Below the pieces are notes generated by a model. The model saw nothing but the letters and a program-made list of their open reading frames with translations, was not told where the DNA came from and searched no databases. Positions 1 to 13,200 of a stretch of DNA of 64,000 nucleotides are shown piece after piece. Origin of the DNA: Candidatus Hermodarchaeum yapensis (GTDB lineage: Archaea > Asgardarchaeota > Hermodarchaeia > Hermodarchaeales > Hermodarchaeaceae). A program made the translations under genes and the position numbers. Where the stretch lies: positions 1 through 64,000 of the forward strand of contig JAEOSK010000010.1 of NCBI GenBank assembly GCA_016840405.1. The letters run 5' to 3'. The stretch's first letter is position 1; each line of letters begins with the position of its first letter.

Positions 1-1047
1 AGAAACCGAAATTGTGCCTGAACCATAAGTTGGACTCACCCAAGAGGATGTGCTGTTGAGTCGTAATTGTAAGCCATTGGCGGTTGGGCTGGGTTTTCCT
101 CGGACGGTGAGTATAACATTGTCAAAGTCCATGGCGAAATAGTTACTGATGGTCCAATCAAAGTCCACGGTCATGCCCAGAGTAACATCAATGGTGTCAG
201 AAGCCCACGATGCGAGTTCATCAACAGAAAGTGAAAAGTTAATGTTATGGAATCCCCAGCCACCTCTATAGGCGTTAAGGCAATATCGGTGGCAGACAAA
301 GATGCGTTCGGCTCCTCCAACTTCTACATACACGGCCATTTCGTCGTCGTCGTCCCGACCGTGAATGTTATCATCGTAGAATTGGACATCAAAGGAGAGC
401 CAAGCGGAGCTGGGGTCAATCCGGTTGAGGTCGATAGTTTGTGTCCACCCGATATATTCCGTATAACTGGGTCCGGATTGCCAATTATATCCACTCGTAT
501 TGGCCCACACGTTGATGCCATCACCGGTTTCTCCCCAGTTTGGTCCATAATTCCACGAAAGACCATCGATACCTGTTCCTGACAATCCAACTTGACTTTC
601 CACCCAGTAGTCTGGTGTCGTCGTTCCGGATTCGAAATTCCCATTTCGAGTGTTACCTATTATGTGAGAAATGTTGTCAAACAAGTTGTACACTGAAGCG
701 GTGAGTTGGTAGCCAGTCCATCCTTGAGGAATCTCAATTTGTCCGGTTGCACTTTCTCCAAAATCAAGATCAGTAACACCTAACGCGGCAGTTTGACCAT
801 GCGAGTATTCCTGGACAGTGAGGACCTGTCCCAGTCCTTGGTAAAGATATTCTGAACCATCCCAACTTGGTCCCTCTGGCAGGGGTGGCATAGAGGGCGA
901 GAGAGATGTTTCTGTTTCGAGGCTAGTTCCATTCTCAGCGAATTCTTGAGCCGCTGGGGTCAAGTCAGTTAAGGGTGTAATTAGGATAAAACTGGATAAC
1001 AAAAACAAAGTCAAGATAGTTAAGGGAATAAAATTTCGTCGCTTCAT
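1..1047 (-). CDS. Secreted/surface protein, paralog of the neighbouring ~4,066-aa protein (N-terminal 349 aa; runs off the window edge)
   Basis: Not in the ORF track; translated by hand from ATG at 1047, with no stop before position 1: MKRRNFIPLTILTLFLLSSFILITP (signal peptide)...PLPEGPSWDGSEYLYQGLG...IPQGWTGYQLTASVYNLFD...NGNFES...AMDFDNVILTVRGK. Collinear with PLPEGPVYSDGQYQYEGMG...LPAGWTGYQLDANVYNLYD...NGNFEN...ALDFDDVTLEVRGK of the neighbour. Confidence 0.92.
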   Translation of the reverse strand, partial: MKRRNFIPLTILTLFLLSSFILITPLTDLTPAAQEFAENGTSLETETSLSPSMPPLPEGPSWDGSEYLYQGLGQVLTVQEYSHGQTAALGVTDLDFGESATGQIEIPQGWTGYQLTASVYNLFDNISHIIGNTRNGNFESGTTTPDYWVESQVGLSGTGIDGLSWNYGPNWGETGDGINVWANTSGYNWQSGPSYTEYIGWTQTIDLNRIDPSSAWLSFDVQFYDDNIHGRDDDDEMAVYVEVGGAERIFVCHRYCLNAYRGGWGFHNINFSLSVDELASWASDTIDVTLGMTVDFDWTISNYFAMDFDNVILTVRGKPSPTANGLQLRLNSTSSWVSPTYGSGTISVS

Positions 1048-1181
1048 GTTTTTTTACCCCGGGGTGGTCAGCGGGGCATTGGAGCGTTGTTGCGTGATTC
1101 CAGGTCGCAATGCAGTGTGAGGGTCAGATGACGCGTTCATCGGTGACCCTTTAGTGTTACCGCTCCAATTACCGCCAAACC
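1048..1181 (-). ncRNA. Putative structured 5' leader RNA (three-way junction) of the first surface-protein gene
   Basis: Perfect inverted repeats: 1078-1086/1161-1169 (9 bp, outer stem), 1120-1126/1144-1150 plus 1127-1131/1137-1141 (inner hairpin), 1090-1094/1106-1110 (second hairpin). Palindrome ACCCCGGGGT at 1056-1065 overlaps the RBS position. Confidence 0.5.
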
Positions 1182-1220
1182 GTTACTTTACGACCGGTGA
1201 GGCGCTTTAAAAACATTTAC
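1175..1220 (-). promoter_or_regulatory. Archaeal TATA promoter (TTTAAA at 1211-1206) with putative start motif GGTTTGG (1181-1175)
   Basis: The same two elements at nearly the same spacing (30 vs 29 nt) precede the paralog at 13657-13622. Confidence 0.6.
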
Positions 1221-1235
1221 CTGCATCGTTGTCTA

Positions 1236-1288
1236 AACAAAAAAGAAAAGATTGAGTGCTCAAGAGCATCCTGTGCGTCGAGCACTCA
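1236..1288 (-). terminator. Hairpin plus U-rich tract downstream of the giant gene
   Basis: 9-bp perfect stem TGAGTGCTC (1253-1261)/GAGCACTCA (1280-1288) just after the stop codon, followed on the minus strand by TCTTTTCTTTTTTGTTT. Confidence 0.7.
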
Positions 1289-1294
1289 GGAAAT

Positions 1295-4200
1295 CTACTC
1301 ATCCATGTTTGCGTTTTGTCGCAACGAATTATACGTAGCTTGGCGCTCTTCCTTACTCAGATACTTCAGGTGATCGACTAAGGCTTCCTTCTCTACATCG
1401 CTAAGATCCGGAATCTTCGCAAGCTCCCGGCGAATCTCAGCAATCACCGCAACGGGGGCGGCAGGGGCCTCTTGGAGTTCGGGAGGTAACACAGTAGGCG
1501 CGGTTCGGTCTTCCCTTTTTACCTTGGGTTCCGGTGGTTCTTCAGGCGGTACTTCTTCCAGTGGGGGCTTTTCAGGCTTAATAGAAGGTGTTTCAGGTGG
1601 AGTGGGTTTTGGTGGTGCTTTTACAGGCGCTACTTCTGGAGGTGGTGTTATCGGTTCTTCACGTTGGGTGAGGAAGTCCATCCGACGTTGACCCATCTGG
1701 CGCTTCAAGTCGTCGAGGAACCAGATCCGGTCTTTGCGAGGAATCTTTCGCATCTCGTTCGCAAGGACGGTTTTCTCTTCCGGACCTAATCCTGGAATCT
1801 TGTCCAATTCAGTCATGATGTCTTCTTCAGTGGCCGTGATTTCTTCCACTTCTTCTGTTTTTGGAATCATAGCTGATGTTGCAGCCACGCCAATCGTACC
1901 CATCGCTGTGTCTACTTTGGACTGCATGGTAACTGCACGGGCTTGGAAGCGTTTCAAGTCCTTCCGACCAAGTTTATAGCCTTCATCCTTTTCAACCGTC
2001 TTTGCGAGTTTCCGCAAACGACGTACTTCCCACGGAATTGAGTAAACACGGGCCCAGAGAATCCAGCCAATCAGCGCAATGACCACTATTACGGCACTGA
2101 TAGATCCATAGAAAATTAAGTAATTCGTGAGTTCTGTGAATTCGATATTGACAAAACTTTCAATTTGGTTGACAGGATTATAATTGAATTTCTCAGCAAT
2201 GAGAGTCAATGTAGTTGAACTGACAAAGGATGTACTAATTGTTATGTTATAAAAACCAGGATGGATTGGATCAGGATTTACCGAGATTGTTCCTCCTATA
2301 GGACCTTCATGTTCATAATTAACTTCAGCCCCAGACACTGGTGCATTGTGATATGTGTCATTTAGATAGAGTCCAAAGGAGTAGGTTGTTCCGATATAAA
2401 GTGTATTAGGAATAGGCTGGGTTAAACTGAGTTCCATTGGAATAGGACCGACTTCAAGGCTCTTGCTAGTCATTTGGTTTTCATAAAAATCTGAACGAAA
2501 TTCAATTATGAGTTCGCGGGTGGCTGATGTATTAAATTGGAAATACACAGTCCAATAGCCGAAGTCGGAATCAAAGGTGAAATCTACAGCAGTAATAAAG
2601 CTGATGGTTCTTGCTAACACCTCTTCTTCAAGGAGACTGCTATTACTCATATCCTTATAATCAAAGGTTAGGATAAGTGTATCTCCAATGGGAATGAACC
2701 AACTGGGGTTCGAATAGGGAACGGAGACATTATAGTCAATCCCATCAATTGTGACGATTGTATATGCACTTATGAGTTCTAATGTTGTTTTTGCCTTGCT
2801 GATTGTTAGAGGAACTGAAGTTGACGAGTCACTGTATTTTGAAAATATTGGATGATAGATACTAATTATCCGGGCTTGACTACTTGGAGTTTCATTGGCA
2901 GGGAACGAGCAATTATACCATCCGTCAGTACCATTTTCGATGAAATTGTATGGGATCCCTTGCCAAAGGAGATACAGCGTGTGGCCATTGATTGGATTCC
3001 ACAGACCAAAACCTCGTGTGTCATTAAGAAAGACGTTAATTATGACATTCTGCTTGTAATCCGCTGAATAAGCCGTTTCTTCGACGATAATCTCACAAGG
3101 CTTATACCTCACAGTGATTGTGAAAGTGATTTGCTGAGGGATTGTATTTGCAGCGCCAGCTGTAACGGTGATGGTTTGAGGTTGAATCCGCCAGTCAGAT
3201 GTATCGAATTCACAATAGTAGGTTCCGTCTGCTATGAAGGTGAAATTCTTCAGCACTAAGGAGGTTGAAGCATTTAGTGCGCGAATTGCGGCATTATTCA
3301 AAAAGTTCCAGAAGGTCTCATTTTCATGAACTGACCAAAAAGTCACAAAAAGAGTGATTTTGTCATCTATGTAGACTTGTATTGCAGTACTATTTCCTGT
3401 TGGAATATCGAGTCTTGTGTTTACTGCTTGAATGCTTACTGTAAAGATGAAAAATTCAGTTTCGTAGTCGGTCATGTTCGTTTGGATGATGAGTTGGGTT
3501 CCTGTTGCTTCTGCTAATCCTGTATCGAGTGTTGGAATAATAGTATAGAAGCCAGGAGTTCCCGTGTATGTCATTAATTCCCAGTCTGAAGTATACCATT
3601 TGTAGATGATTTCGGTGCCGTTGGCTGAGGTCATTGGAGTTCCGGTTAAAACATCTTCAAGGTAAACTGTGACAGGAATGAGTTCTCCCCAGTAAACAAT
3701 TATATTCTCGCCAATTGGGTCGATTTTTACCAGTGAAAGAGGTGCTTTATGGATTGTAATGTCAACATCTCTGATTTGTTCTTCATAATTTGATTTAGAA
3801 GCGGTGAGGTAGAAGGAGAACGCTCCTGCAGCGAGACCTGTTGTGTCAATCATAATTACCCAGGTTCCATCCATTCTCTGAGTATAATTGAATGTCAATC
3901 CAATATCAATAAACCAAATTACATCGGTGATATTTTCGAATCCGTGGTCTCGATCTTGGTATAACGCCTCAATAACCAGCCATTGAGAGTAGTATAGTGT
4001 AGAGGGTTGCGACCAATCGAGCGTTGTGCGAATTTCACGGACACGTGCTGAAACGAAGGTTTCTGCAGATGCATAGTATGGGAAATATTGTGGGTCAAAT
4101 CCTGTGGGCCACGTTAGTGTGATGCGGAATGAATAAGTTCCTATATCAAGATTCATACTTCCGCGAATAATTAGTGTGTAGTTACCGTCAGTTCCTGGCC

Positions 4201-7200
4201 AGGAGGAGGCGGGAACGTACCAGTATGAATCATTCCATCCTGTTATATCGTCACATTCAACAAGAATGCCAACATATTCACTGCCATTAGTGATTAATCC
4301 TCCACCAGTCGTCTCGTAATGCAAATTGATGATGATATCATCACCAGTTGGCTCGGTTTGGATGGTTTCGGAGTAAAGAATGGTTTCAGTTCCTACTGTG
4401 CGGACTGAAAATGCTTTTGTTGCTATAGTATAGAAAGGCGCATTTCCACCAATCCAACTAGCCTCTATTTTCAGGTTGAAGATTATGTTAACCGCTCCTA
4501 GTTCACTAGCATTGATTAAAACGCGATAGTAAAGGGTTGGTTCGCTCCAACCTGCACCAAATGTTATGTCTTCAATATAATAGGTAGCAGAGATTTCACT
4601 ATCGTTTGCAGCATGTAGGATACGGATTCGTACATAAGTACCAGTTGTTAAATTATCGATACCCCAGTCATCAAGGACGTCAGTATAATTTAGGTAGACG
4701 ATAACATTATCCGCATAGTTGGTGTCGGGTGGATTCGTATTGATAATGCGGGTTTCTCGGGTTTCGGATGTTAACCAAACGCCCACCCACTGTTCTTCGT
4801 AGTCTGATGGATCTGCTATCCACCCAAGGGTGATGTTAATCCAGTAACTTCCTGGTGATGGAGTTTGATTAGAGTTGATAGTGATAAGGTATTGGCCATT
4901 TCCTAAGTCTGACAATGAAAAGCTTGGATTACTCCAACTACCATTAGTGAAGATGGTATTTTGATCAGAACCAGTAATGCCGTCTCCATCTTGGGAGCTT
5001 GCATCATCGCGAACGCGATAGATTATTGTGATGTAGAAATCTTCACCATAGGGCGCGGCGTCAACTGGCTCTTTTTCAATCTCAGTGTATACGGTACGGA
5101 TGTTAAATGACATTGGGGGATTGGCGATTCGGGCAGATCGATATGGATCCGTTGGGTGATATGCATCAACTTCGATTTCATAACTCTCAATACCAAGTGC
5201 CTTTGTAATGGTGATGCGGTAGTATCCGGGGTATGGTGTGACGGAATAGTCACTTGGAAGAAGGACTAAACCCCCGATGCCCGTGACGGTAATAGTGGCT
5301 CCGGAAATAAATGCCCCGTTGTTGGAGCTTTGTCCATCCAGGATGAAGTATTGCACATCGACAGTAACATTATCGCCATAAGGTGTTGTTGGGACTCGTG
5401 AGTAAGCAAGTGTTGTGAAGAGAGCACGCACGGTAATTGGGACATTGCTGAGTTCTCTATTAGTAAATTGGGCTGGGCTAGATATTAAAATGTCAAAGAA
5501 ATAGGTCTGATTAGTCGGGAGTTCTGTAGCAAAGATGGTGATGGTATAGGTGCCATCTGCATTGTCCAGGAAGGTAAAGTTCACACCCAGAGTTAAAGTC
5601 GCTATGCTTATTGTAGCTCCTGTGATTGGATCTCCATTTTGGAATGCAATCGTGTCAGAAACGGTGTAGTTCACTTCAAGAATCCCATCTTCTCCCCAAG
5701 CGACGACCGGTGGGCTTTGATAAGTAAAGCTAGTGGCAAGCGCACGAATAGTGGCTGCTGTGTACACCGTGTCATTCTCATAGCTTGCTGAAGTGTACAC
5801 GTATATATCTAGTGCATGAGTTCCTAACGCCCAACCTGTCGTATCTATGGTAACCGTGAAGATACCATCGTCAGGTAAGCCATTTTCTACCCATTGTGTC
5901 CAGTTTCCACTATCAATAAAGAGGGTTGTTGGACCTAGAATCCGTATGGCGATAAGGTCTGCATCAGGAAATGATGTACCTGGCTCATCATCATCGTCAA
6001 CGCGTAAAACCATGGATCCATTATTTTGCCAGGGTATAGTGGTTATGGGATCGATATCACTAGCAATGTAGTGGTTGCGAATCCGAAAACCGATGGTTTG
6101 GTCGGCATTTTGATGGTATGCATCGGGGGCGATAACATGCAAGGCAAGGGAATAGATTTTCACTATGGAGATTTTTCCACTTGAATAAAGGATGGTTAAT
6201 GTGTACTGACCGCCACCGTTATCAACGAGAGTATAATCACCTGGATCGAGTACACTGCCATCGAGCAAAGTTCCTGCGATACTTGTTACTCCGGTAATCC
6301 CATTACCGTCTTCACCACTTGCTGAATCATCCACAATATAATTGAAAACGATAATGACATCTAAACCCCAGGCTGTGCTACCTACTGGATCGTATATGAT
6401 TGCGGTACGAATTGTTCGAATTTCAAACCCAATATTGATGCTTGCATCATCATGTTGGGTATCCGGTGAGTTCACATAGAGATCCAATGAATAGGTCTGA
6501 ATGCTACTAATTCTACCACTTGAGAAGAGAATTGTAAGAGTATATTGTCCCCCGCCATTATCGACTAGTGTATAATCACCGGGATTCAAAGCACCACCCT
6601 CAAGCAAGGATCCCGCAAGTGAGGTGATACCCGTGATTCCTATGCCATGCTGAGAACTGGCAGGATCATTCACTTGATAATTGAAGATAATGACCACATT
6701 TGTACCTCGGGGAACAGGAGGCGTGGGAGTATAATTTATGAGGGTGACAATAGACCGTACGTCGAATTGCACGGATCGGTCTGCGTCGTCATAATTTGCA
6801 GCTGGTTTATTCACATAGAGGTAGAGGGTATATGATTGAATGTTGTTGATTCTAGCGCTGGAATTAAGAATTGTAAGAGTATATTGACCAGCTCCTTCAT
6901 CAACTAATGTGTAATCGGTACCAACTAATCCAACGGCATTTAGTGTTGACCCTGAAATGTCTGTTAAACCAGTAATACCATTACCGTGTTGGATACTCGC
7001 TAAATCACTTACCCGATAATAGAATGTAATAACAACATCATCACCCCAAGGTGTTGGTGAGGGTGGGTCAATCGTCACATGAGTTGTTAAGGCACGAATA
7101 TCGAAGGTAATGGTTTGGTCAGCGTCATCATATTGAGCGGCAGGGGCATCAAAATGTAATTCCAATGTATAGGTCCTAATACTGGACAATTTCCCACTGG

Positions 7201-10200
7201 AATAAAGAAGAGTGAGGGTGTACTGACCGCCACCGTTATCGACCAGACTGTAGTCACCTGATACTAGGGCTATAGCATCTAAGGTAGATCCACTAATGCT
7301 CGTTACTCCGATAATCCCATTCCCGTGCTGGGCGCTGGATGTATCTTCAACCAAATAGAATACAGTGATAACCACATCCTGACCCCAAGGCGTCGGAAGG
7401 GGCGGCGTATAGGTAATCTTTGTACCCAACAAGCGAACAGTAAATGATGTTGTTCGGTCTGCAGTATCGTACTCAGCGCTGGGCGCAACAACATGCAGAG
7501 CCATTGAATAGGACTTGATACTCGAAATAACTCCACTGCTAAATAGGATAGTAAGAGTGTACTGGCCCCCACCATCATCAACCAGAGTATATTCACCGGG
7601 GTTCAGAGCTACTGCGTCAAGAGTGGAGCCGGTAATTGAAGTGACCGCGATTATGCCTGTTCCGTCATTAGAACTGTCTAAGTCGTTGATGATGTAATAG
7701 AAAGTGATGACGACGTCTTCACCCCACGGGGTCTGGGGAATCGGATCAAAGGAAATCGAAGTCCGCAACGTCCGGACACTGAAACTAATTGTTTGTGATG
7801 CATTCTCATGTTGAGCATCAGGAGAAACGACAAAGACAATCAGAGAATACAACTTGACGCTAGATAGTTTCCCACTACTAAATAGAATAGTTAGAGTATA
7901 TTGACCTCCACCATTATCAACGAGTGTATAGTCGCCGGGGTCGAGTGCGACAGCATCAAGGGTTGATCCTGTGATACTAGTAACGCTTGTAATGCCTGAG
8001 CCATCTTGGGAGCTGGTGGGGTCATTTACAGTATAGTAGAAGATGATTTCGACATCTTCACCATACGGTGTGGGACTGACTGCATCATACGTGATGAAGG
8101 TTCGAATGGTCCGAATTTCGAATGTGATGGTTTGGTCAGCATCATCATGTTGGCTATCAGGAGCGACGACATGCAGGTCAAGAGTATATGTTTTGATGTT
8201 GTTGATGATTCCACTGGTAAAAAGTAGTGTTAGGGTGTATTGACCACCGCCATTATCTTCAAATGTATAATCTGTGACGAGGAGTGGTGCTCCATCCAAT
8301 TGGGACCCAGCAATTGACGTTACACCAGAAATCCCGTTTCCATGGTGACTACTGGACGGGTCATTGACCTTATAGTAGAAAATGATGACGACATCCTCAC
8401 TCCAAGGTACTGGAATGACAGGGTCATACGTAATTTCAGTTGCGAGAGTTCTCACATCAAAAGTGATTATTTGATTCGCATCATCATGTTGAGCATCTGG
8501 GGAGTTCACATAAAGGTACAAGCTGTAAGATTGGACGGTATTGATCTTTCCACTCGAGTAGAGGATGGTGAGTGTATATTGACCTCCGCCATTATCTACG
8601 AAGGTAAAGTCGCCAGGATCAAGAAGAACCGCGTCAAGGGTGGATCCTGCTATATTGGTGACGCCAGTGATGCCGTTGCCGTGTTGGGTGCTAGCGAGGT
8701 CACTAACCCGATAATAAAAGGTGATTATAACATCGTCACTCCACGGAGTTTGTGTCGGTGGATCAATCGTTACTTGGGTTGTCAGGGTGCGAATATCGAA
8801 GGTAATGGTTTGATCAGCAGCATCATATTGGACAGCTGGAGCATCAAAATGCAACTCTAGCGTATAGGTCTTAATGCTGGACAGTCTCCCACTGGAATAA
8901 AGGATTGTGAGGGTGTATTGTCCAACCCCATTATCAACTAACGTGAAATCACCTGCAATAAGAGGTGCGCCATCAAGTGTTGAACCCGTGATGCTGGTGA
9001 CGCCAGTGATGCCGTTGCCATGTTGTGCACTGGACGTGTCTTCGACCAAATAGAACACAATGATAACCACATCCTGCCCCCACGGTGTAGGAAGAGGTGG
9101 CGTATACGAAATTTTCGTTCCAAGTACTCGGACTGTGAAAGTGGTGGTTCGATCTGCGGAATCATATTCAGTGCTTGGGGAATCGACGTGCAAGGCTAGC
9201 GAGTAGGATTGGATGTTCGAAATTACTCCACTACTGTACAGAATAGTGAGGGTGTATTGGCCCCCACCATTATCAACGAGGGTATATTCTCCAGGGTTCA
9301 AGGCGACGGCTTCGAGTGTGGAGCCGGTAATGGAAGTGACCCCAGTGATGCCGGTGCCGTCATTGGAGCTGTCTAGGTCGTTGATGACATAGTAGAAAGT
9401 GATGATGACATCTTCGCCCCAGGGGGTCTGGGGAATCGGGTCAAAGGAAATTGAGGTTCGTAGTGAACGAATTGTGAATGAGAGCGTTTGTGTCGCATCT
9501 TCGTGTTGAGCATCGGGTGAGTTCACATAAATGTACAGGGAGTAAGTTTTGATACTGTTTACCAGCCCACTTGAATAGAGAATAGTTAGAGTATATTGAC
9601 CTCCACCATTATCAACGAGTGTATAATCACCGGGGTCGAGAGCGATAGCATCGAGGGTCGATCCTGTGATATCGGTGACGCCAGGGATACCAGTCCCATC
9701 TTGGGAGCTGGTGGGGTCATTTACAGTATAGTAGAAGATGATTTCGCCATCTTCACCATACGGTGTAGGGCTAACCGCATCATAGGTAACAAAGGTTTGG
9801 ATTGCTCGTATAGAAAATCCAATTGTTTGGTTAGCGTCGTCATGTTGGCTATCAGGCGAGTTCACATAAATGTACAGGGAGTAGGTTTTGATGCTGGTTA
9901 TTAGACCACTTGAGTAGAGTATGGTGAGGGTGTATTGGCCGCCCCCATTATCTACAAGTGTGTAATCTCCTCCTGTGAGTGGTGTTCCATCTAGTGTGGA
10001 GCCAGAAATATCGGTTACGCCTGTGATACCATTACCATGTTGACTGCTTGCAGGATCATTGACACTATAGTAAAAGGTGATTATCACGTTCTCGCTCCAG
10101 GGCACAGGAATCACTGGATTGTAAGTAATCTGTGTAGCCAATGTTCGAACGGTAAAGCTCGTGGTTTGAGCAGCGTTTTCATGTTGGGTATCTGGTGTGT

Positions 10201-13200
10201 TTACAAAAACGTAGAGTGAATATGTTGTAATACTATTGATCATTCCGCTGGAGTACAGGATGGTGAGGGTGTATTGGCCCCCACCATTATCGATTAGTGT
10301 ATAATCGCCACCGAGTAGGGGGGCACCATCGAGAGTGGAACCAGTGATGTTGGTGACACCAGGAATTCCTGTACCATGTTGACTACTAGCTGTATCACTG
10401 ACACGATAATAGAACGTGATAACAATATCTTCACTCCAAGGTGTTGAAGCAATGGGTTCGAAGGTAACTTGGGTGATTAATGCCCGAATCACGAAGGTAA
10501 TTTGCCTGTTATTGCCGATGTATTCAGATGAAGGCGAGATAACATACAATTGCAATGTGTAGGATTTGACGGTATTTATTCTCCCACTGGAGTACAGGAT
10601 GGTGAGGGTGTACTGACCGCCACCATTATCCACAAGGGTATATTCGCCGCCAAGGAGGGCACTTCCATCAAGCGTCGTTCCAGTCAGGCTTGTGACACCG
10701 GTGATTCCTTCTCCATCATGTGAACTATCGGGATCATCAACAGTATAATAAAACGTGATTACCTGGTCTTCACCTCGCGGTGTTGGTTGTGGTGGATCAT
10801 AGGTGATAGATGTTTCCAAAGCTCTTACATTAAAGTTGATGGATCTGGTGGCATCACTATACTTCGAATCTGCTGGTGTTACTTGAAGAAGGAGGGAGTA
10901 GGATTTTACAGAATCAATTACTCCACTTGAAGAAAGGATTGTTAGGGTATATTGACCACCTCCAAGATCTGAGAGGGAGTAATTAGTCCCTTCAGTAAGT
11001 GGAGTTCCATCAAGTTGAACAATAATCGATGCTCCGCTCAACCCAGTTCCATCATGTTGGCTGTCTGGATCATTAACGGTGTAATTAAAGGAAATCACTA
11101 CGTCTTCGTCCCAAGATACGGATCCAGGCGGTGTGTAAGTGATGGTCGTTGAGATTTCACGAATTACAATTGTAAGAACTAAAGTCTGGTTTTGATAATA
11201 ATTGAGGTCTGCTTGGATTGCAAGGGAATAGGTACCGGGTGTAGGTTTATCTGTGGTGTCTACGGTTATATTATACCATCCTGCAGTTCCGGTGGGTGTA
11301 ACAACAGTACTTGGCCATCCGGTAGTGGTAATTGTGGCTCCAGTGACCCCGGTATTGTTGTAGACATCCCAGTATTTGACTTGAACAGTGAAAACTTCAT
11401 CATAAGGGACCGTTAATCCAGGTGACTCAGGAGATGTAAGAGAGGTTCCACCTCTGATAAAGAGGTTAATTGATGTGCTCTTTGAATCGAAGTCCGTTTT
11501 ATTAGCATCAATGCTAAGTACATAATCCCCTGGCCCTAGTATATTCTTGGCAATTTGTGCCTCATAATATCCACCAGAAGCATAGAAACTGATAGGATTA
11601 CCAGAAACATTTCCGTTTACAGTTGCTCCTGTAATGGGTAGATTAGTGTCAGTATCTAAGAATTGGACACGTGGATAGAAGTAACCGGTATCTGCATAGG
11701 TGACCCACATATCTGATTCATCGGGAGTTAATGTGGTGGCATGTTCTATACTGATAATTTTTGATTGAAAGCCTGCGGAGGTGATGGAATAAGTGTCACC
11801 GTTGTCATAGCTGATGCAGAGTGTGTAATCTCCGGCTGGGTATATGGTTCCATCAGTGAATTGGATGTTCGGAAACGTGACAGTGGTACTCGTGACGGTT
11901 TGGGATGATTCATTGATAGGATATCCTGTTGGGTCGTAGAGCGTTAAGTTGGCCTGTCCAGAAGAAACCGAGATCGTAGCCTCTACTGTCAATGTTGAGG
12001 GGCTGCCTGGACTAATCCGAAAAGTGTCAAAATTCGTTGTTATAGATGATACACGGTTTGTGGAAGCAAGAGTGAAGTTCCACCAACCATATACATCATT
12101 CACAGCCGCGGTAGAAAGTTCAAAATGCGTGGCTGTAGTCGTGACTACGCTTGTGCGGTCATTGAAGAGCGCGTCTGTCACTTCATACAGAGTCCAAGTT
12201 TCCGTGGTTGGACGAATGATTGAAAGATTGTAATTTTCAAAGAAATATGGTTGATACGAATACACCCAAGTAGTCAAATAAACGGGTGTATTATTTCTTG
12301 CAACAAACTGCGTTCCATCTGGACCCACCTGTTGTTCTGTGGTTGCTTCTTTTGTTATGTATAATGTTAGATCATAATCAAAGCTTACTAATCGTGCATC
12401 ATTATCGGTTGCTTCCCAATGAGCAAGAACCTCTTCATGGACTGTAGTAGGATTCGCCCAAGTTCCAGGTACAGAATAGGTTCCAACACCATAATCTGCG
12501 GTTTGAGCAATTGTGGTGTTCATCATCAAGTCAAGCCAGATATGGTTTGGATTGACTTTTCCTCGGACTTCTAAGGTCACATCATCAAAATCGAGTGCCC
12601 AGTATTCATAATCCCATGCGGCTTGTGCACCAGTCCAAGAGAGACCTAGTCGGACATTAATGTTTCCAGGAACTGACCATGTGAGTAAATCATCATAAGG
12701 AATAGAGATATTCAAATTATACCATTGTCCGTTATTTGGACAGCGTTCATCAAGGAGCTGTCGATAGACAATTCCAGCAACTTCTGCAAAAATTACCATT
12801 CGACCGCGACCTCCACTAGAACCTGCTAAGAGGTTAACCCGTACCCTAAAGGTTAATTTTGCATATTCAGGATCATCTCGTTGAATGTTAATGGCATTTC
12901 GCCAGACAATATATTGTGTGGCATCCCAATTGAATCCGCTCCACCATTCTATCCATGTTCTTACTCCGTTTCCTGAATAACCGTACCCTGATCCCCATAG
13001 GGTTCCGTAGAATGGGTTCGTGGTATTATCTGGTGGTATGATATTGTATTGACTACTCCATGCAGTACCAATATTTTCGAAATTCCCGTTTTCTCGGCTC
13101 CCTTGCATGAAATAGGGTTGATCATAAAGGTTGTAGACGTTCGCATCAAGCTGATAACCCGTCCAGCCAGCAGGTAAGCGAATTTCACCATATTCGTCTT

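Noticed and set aside
247-644. ORF-track entries 247..582 (+) and 324..644 (-)
   Set aside because: They are shadows of the real minus-strand frame <1..1047, which is homologous to the neighbouring giant protein.
6647-10219. Mutually similar plus-strand ORFs within the giant gene
   Set aside because: Their similarity is a by-product of the sense-strand repeats, and they have no RBS or protein-like features.
6080-11161. Repeat array as a CRISPR array or diversity-generating retroelement
   Set aside because: The units are in-frame 339-bp coding repeats with no repeat-spacer structure. Differences are not confined to adenines, and no cas or reverse transcriptase gene is present.
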